A stretch of 64,000 bases of DNA from Pseudomonadota bacterium (GTDB lineage: Bacteria; Pseudomonadota; Alphaproteobacteria; SP197), in NCBI GenBank assembly GCA_039028155.1, contig JBCCIS010000008.1, forward strand, positions 73,004 through 137,003, written 5' to 3'. The notes under the pieces were generated by a model that saw only the letters and a program-made list of their open reading frames with translations, made no database searches and was not told the origin of the DNA. The translations under genes were made by a program, and so were the position numbers. Shown piece by piece: positions 62,132-64,000 of this stretch (within the stretch, counting starts at the first letter, position 1; every line of letters begins with the position of its first letter).

Positions 62132-63217
62132 TCATGGCGCGGCGGTTTGGTAGGCGTTGATCTCGGACAGGGTGACAGAGCTCATGTCGGCGCCATCAAG
62201 CCACTGGCGAAACCACGACGCGACCGATGCGATGGCGATACGGCCGACCATCTCATCGTCCCAGCCTAACGTGGACCGGGCAAGCGAGGCATCGATTTGA
62301 AGGTACGGTGCTTCGATCGATCCGGGAACCGGTTCGACGAGGACCTTTGGACAGCCGTTGGCGGTGACGTGACCCAAAGCGCTGAGCAACGTTTCGGCAA
62401 AGATCCGGACCGGCAGGTCCTCAGACGAGCGCGGGCCTATGTTGAGCGTCCGCGGGCAAGAAGGATCCTGTGAGAGCGTCTCGACAAACAGAAGATAACC
62501 GCACAGGCAATCGAGCGCATGCTGCCATGGGCGCGTTGCTTCGGGATGCCGCAATGTCAGCGGCTCACCTTCCAATGCTGCACGCACACAGTCGGGCGCA
62601 ATGCGATCGGCGGCGAAGTCACCGCCACCGATGACATTGCCGCCACGCGACGTCGCAACGCGAATGCCATCGCGTTCGAAGTAGCTTTGAGCGTATGTAT
62701 GCGCGACGTGTTCGGCGGCCGCCTTGGAGGCGGAGTAGGGGTCTTTGCCACCCAAGGGTGCCGACTCCTTAAATGCGCATCCGCAGCCATTGTTCCAATA
62801 GACCTTGTCCGATGTAACAATCAGGACGGTGTGCAGATCGGTCTCGCCGCGCAACGCTTCCATGAGATTGACCAATCCGGTCACATTGGTGTCGAACGTC
62901 TCGATCGGATCTTCAAGCGAGCGGCGCACTAGTGCCTGGGCGGCCAGATGGAGGACGATTTCCGGGCGGGCTTCACGCACCGCGTCGGCAACGGAGGAGG
63001 CGTCACGCAGATCGACGAAGTGGCTGTCGCAATGGCTCGCCACATCGGCCAAGCTGAAAAGGTTCGGGCCGTCCGCCGGGGGCAGGGCAAACGCGTAGAC
63101 ATCGGCGCCCAACTGGCTGAGCCAAAGCGCCAACCACGACCCCTTGAAGCCGGTGTGCCCCGTCAGCAGCACACGTCGGCCATTCCAAAATTCCTGATCT
63201 GGCCGCCGAACGCTCAT
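62132..63217 (-). CDS. rfbG: CDP-glucose 4,6-dehydratase
   Basis: LLTGHTGFKGSWLALWL Rossmann fold and YSASKAAAE catalytic YxxxK; ATG at 63217 chosen (MSVRRPDQEFWNGRRVLLTGHTG). Confidence 0.85.
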   Translation of the reverse strand: MSVRRPDQEFWNGRRVLLTGHTGFKGSWLALWLSQLGADVYAFALPPADGPNLFSLADVASHCDSHFVDLRDASSVADAVREARPEIVLHLAAQALVRRSLEDPIETFDTNVTGLVNLMEALRGETDLHTVLIVTSDKVYWNNGCGCAFKESAPLGGKDPYSASKAAAEHVAHTYAQSYFERDGIRVATSRGGNVIGGGDFAADRIAPDCVRAALEGEPLTLRHPEATRPWQHALDCLCGYLLFVETLSQDPSCPRTLNIGPRSSEDLPVRIFAETLLSALGHVTANGCPKVLVEPVPGSIEAPYLQIDASLARSTLGWDDEMVGRIAIASVASWFRQWLDGADMSSVTLSEINAYQTAAP

Positions 63218-63472
63218 GCGGACCTCCGTCGTCTTCCGCAACAGGCAACAACTGGCCGTGCGATGAGGCGAACACACTCATTGCCCTATTTTGCACCCTA
63301 GGGCTGTGATCCATCCATACTTTGACCGCAATTTCTGCCGACTACCGCTTTTGCGCCAAAAGCAGCCGATAGAGCTACTCGCGCGCGCCCTGTCCGCTCT
63401 AAGTCGTGATGGGGCGTTTAATCGCGTCTTTTCGCGTGGTAAATCTAACTCGAAAGTAGAGTCGTTCCGGTG

Positions 63473-64000
63473 TCACTCTACCTGATAGTCGTCGATCGCC
63501 GCCACATCGCAAATCATGAGTGGGGCTGCATCGCTGTTGGCCGCGAGCCAGCTCTTTGCCCAACGTGTGCCGAGCTCCTTGTCGGCTGGTGATGTCGAGT
63601 GTTCGATCAAGGCAATATTGGTCAAGAACAGGAGGTAGTTGATCTGCGCGTCGTTCTGCGCCTGTCGATCAATGCCGCGAGCGCAGGCTAGGGCGACCAG
63701 CAGCCACTGATAAACCCGCGCGCGTTTATCCTCAGCGTCCGACAGGGCCCAGTATGTTGCCAGGTGCCGTTGCGCGGTCGGCCGTGCCGCAAGTGCGGCA
63801 TCTTCCAAGATATTGCGGCCTTGCTCGATCTTGTCGGGATCCCCGGTCAGGATCATCTGAAGCGCGGCACGTTCGTTCTCGCTCTCGACGATCATCGATT
63901 CAAGAAGCTGATTGAGCGAGACGCTGCCGTTTTCTTGAGGTTGTTGCATGGCGTAAATCGCGGCGACGACAAATGCCGTTATCGCGGCAACGACGATGTA
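63473..64000 (-). CDS. Hypothetical protein; the N-terminus, including a TM helix, runs off the window end
   Basis: 158-aa ORF. The in-frame upstream 17 codons to the window edge encode the hydrophobic YIVVAAITAFVVAAIYA, so the real start probably lies beyond 64000. Confidence 0.35.
   Translation of the reverse strand, partial: YIVVAAITAFVVAAIYAMQQPQENGSVSLNQLLESMIVESENERAALQMILTGDPDKIEQGRNILEDAALAARPTAQRHLATYWALSDAEDKRARVYQWLLVALACARGIDRQAQNDAQINYLLFLTNIALIEHSTSPADKELGTRWAKSWLAANSDAAPLMICDVAAIDDYQVE

Overview
This is a high-GC (about 65%) alphaproteobacterial chromosomal segment with two distinct parts. Positions 1 to about 36.6 kb are mostly conserved housekeeping genes. They include an RND efflux pump, a DyP peroxidase, a TfoX-like protein, SspB next to a two-piece permuted tmRNA (ssrA), thyX, an Ldh_2 oxidoreductase, two tandem DUF1036-like secreted paralogs, mrp/apbC, hflK-hflC-DUF2065-degP, divergent serB/miaA, ilvBHC and mreBCD-mrdA-rodA. 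A small accessory block follows: a LysR regulator with NTF2-like and Tat-SDR genes, an orphan substrate-binding protein, tRNA-Lys(CUU), a stand-alone urocanase homolog, an LldD-like FMN dehydrogenase, a Tat multicopper oxidase and RidA. A SPOR-domain protein and an orphan rmlC close this first part. From about 36.6 kb to 63.3 kb lies a large Wzx/Wzy-dependent polysaccharide biosynthesis locus of lower GC. It contains a priming glycosylphosphotransferase, an outer-membrane beta-barrel protein, a short Wza-like exporter, a fused Wzc-like co-polymerase/BY-kinase, six glycosyltransferases, a Wzy-like polymerase, a Wzx flippase, four sulfotransferase-family genes, a SAM methyltransferase, and a CDP-glucose pathway operon (rfbF, rfbG and a SAF-domain homoserine-dehydrogenase-like oxidoreductase). 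The most notable system is this putative sulfated, methylated exopolysaccharide locus. The ssrA-sspB linkage is a second interesting point. No CRISPR array, transposase or integrase was seen.
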